Assembly: GCA_001938485.1 (NCBI GenBank)
Contig: MQRK01214315.1
Span: forward strand, 19,372-83,371
From: Girardia tigrina
Taxonomy: Eukaryota
Direction: 5' to 3'
DNA length: 64,000 nt
In this document: one piece after another, positions 62,121 through 64,000 of the stretch
Position numbering within the stretch: position 1 is the first letter of the stretch
Layout: each line of letters opens with the position of its first letter
The notes under the pieces: generated by a model
Told to the model about the DNA's origin: nothing
Database searches by the model: none
The model's input: the letters and a program-made list of their open reading frames with translations, nothing else
Position numbers and translations under genes: made by a program

Positions 62121-64000
62121 AATATCAACAAGTAGAATTTATTAACTATTTACAATCTTTTTAGAATACTTAAACAAATTAATAATCACAAATGTATAAG
62201 TTTTATTTGATAGTAAAAAACGATATTTCTAATTTGGAAAGCCAAAATAAATGTATATAAATTTTTTTAGACAAAAAAGTGTTTAAAATATTAATTTTAA
62301 TGACATTAAATACATGATACTTCAAATAAGACTGAAAGATAAAACTAAAAATAAGTTATTTTTTTAATTAACCTTAAACATGCAAAACTACAAGTTACAA
62401 TGCATTAAACTTCACTAACTCATTTCATGATACTTTTGATAACCAGAGATTCCAGACAAAAACTTTTTTATTTAATAATTTATAAGTAATATACATTTTA
62501 AGTATTTTATTTAAAATAATTATCGTCCATTTATTTAAAGAATGATATGTTTTTAAACTTATTATTCTACCTAATTTCAAAAATTACAAATTTTAATTTT
62601 AGTGATTTTAAGTAGGAAGAAAAGAAAAAGCATAAATGCACGATAATACGTTTGGTTAAAATTCTTTAATTTATTTCCCTGTATTTATATGTTTTTTTCA
62701 AATCCAAATTTCGGAAGTCCAGAAATGCAATTTGTGTATTGCGAATCCATGACTATTCATAGTAGCGTTTATGCCACATTTGTTATCTGAAATTTCAGAA
62801 GTCATATTTAACCCAAAACTTAAATAATACCAATAATATAAATATACAAACAAATTTCCTGTTAATTCATTCATTTTGAAAAATCAATAATTTAAATTTT
62901 TCATTCAATTTAATTTTAAAAATTTAACTTATAATTATAAAATTAATTTTTAAATTATAGCTAACAAATCTTTTTATAAAATTTTATCATAAAACTTTTA
63001 AATTTAAATTTTATTTCAAGCATTTTATTTAGGAAAAATATTTCTTAAAAATATAAATTTTAATCTGTTTATTATTTATTTAAAAATTTTAATTTTAAAA
63101 CTTTTATTAAAAAATGTCAATTGTTATTAATGTAAACAATTTTTTAAAATTTTTATTTGCTTTCATTTAAAAATCCTTTTTAAACTTTTTTTAATTTTAA
63201 AACGTTTTGTATTTATTTATTTTTTTTAATTTAAATATTAAAAAAAAATTAATAAATTGTTTTTGCGTATTGCAAATTTTATCTAACTTCACCTAAATTT
63301 ACTTAAACTTTATATTATTTAGATTATGTATTATTTGTAATTAGTTTGTCATTTTATGATTAAATTAATATTTATAAAGTTGCAGTAATTAAAATAAAGA
63401 ACAAAATATAAAAATTTTATGTTTATACTTTTAATAATAATTATAAAAATAGATTTTTGATGATAATAGGAATCGGATAATCTATTTTAAAATTCTTTAG
63501 CTGCCATTATATCATTCCAGCATTAATTACCACTAAATTATATTTATTATTCACCATTATATTTTCTGGATTCTCCTACTTCCGGATGTGTTCCTGGCGA
63601 CTAGTTGTTGTAAATGAGAACAAAAGTAATTATAGTTAAATTATATAATTAAGGATTACGTATGTGAACCTATTTTCATTTTTATGAGTTGTTAGAATCT
63701 TCTTTTTGGTTCTTAAACTGTAATGAAGAATATATTCTATATATTTATTATTTCTTCAAAGAAGACGCAATTGTCAACTTGTTTCAAAACTGTTGTCATA
63801 CTCACCCAATTTGTTGAGACAGTCTTTTGCATTAACAGCGAGTACAACAAATACGTTGCGCAAACAGCCAAAAAGTTGATAGAGAAGATTAGAGTTCGAA
63901 TCGTGTACTATTTACACGGCATATGTAAAACCATCACCGGAAAAATATCTTTTGTAGTAAATTTGTAGCCGAAATGATGATAATATTATAATAAGAAAAT

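Larger units (their letters stand above)
57778..62190 (-). mobile_element. Full-length compact Ty3/Gypsy element (4.4 kb) with 103-bp LTRs
   Basis: LTRs 57778-57880 and 62088-62190; PBS TGGTGACCAGG; PPT AGAGGGGAAAG; gag (2 CCHC-like)-PR(DSGA)-RT-RH-IN; no clear TSD. Confidence 0.92.

Noticed and set aside
63723-63968. 81-aa ORF at the window end
   Set aside because: No motif; length expected by chance.

Overview
Very AT-rich, intron-bearing eukaryotic (probably invertebrate) genomic DNA that is almost entirely nested transposable elements. No intact cellular gene, rRNA, tRNA or CRISPR array is supportable; only isolated candidate exons are. Retroelements: two full-length but decayed Ty3/Gypsy elements (24847-29882 +, 57778-62190 -), a solo LTR, three Gypsy fragments, at least four Penelope-like (GIY-YIG) remnants with minimal hammerhead ribozymes, and two RLE-type non-LTR retrotransposons. 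DNA transposons: five mariner copies (one with ~130-bp TIRs), a DD37E Tc1-like element, two pogo/Tigger elements, hAT elements and MITEs, a hATm fragment, a Harbinger-type MITE, a MULE remnant and a Merlin element. The most notable hidden layer is RNA-level: a dispersed and locally clustered set of minimal hammerheads, an RT-less mini-Penelope with an open fused ORF, -1 frameshift signals in both Gypsy elements, TG...TA LTR ends, a 103-bp LTR containing the gag start, and an RLE element with an in-frame acidic tail and a structured 3' UTR. All N gaps fall inside TEs. Family calls come from motif recognition by eye; no searches were run.
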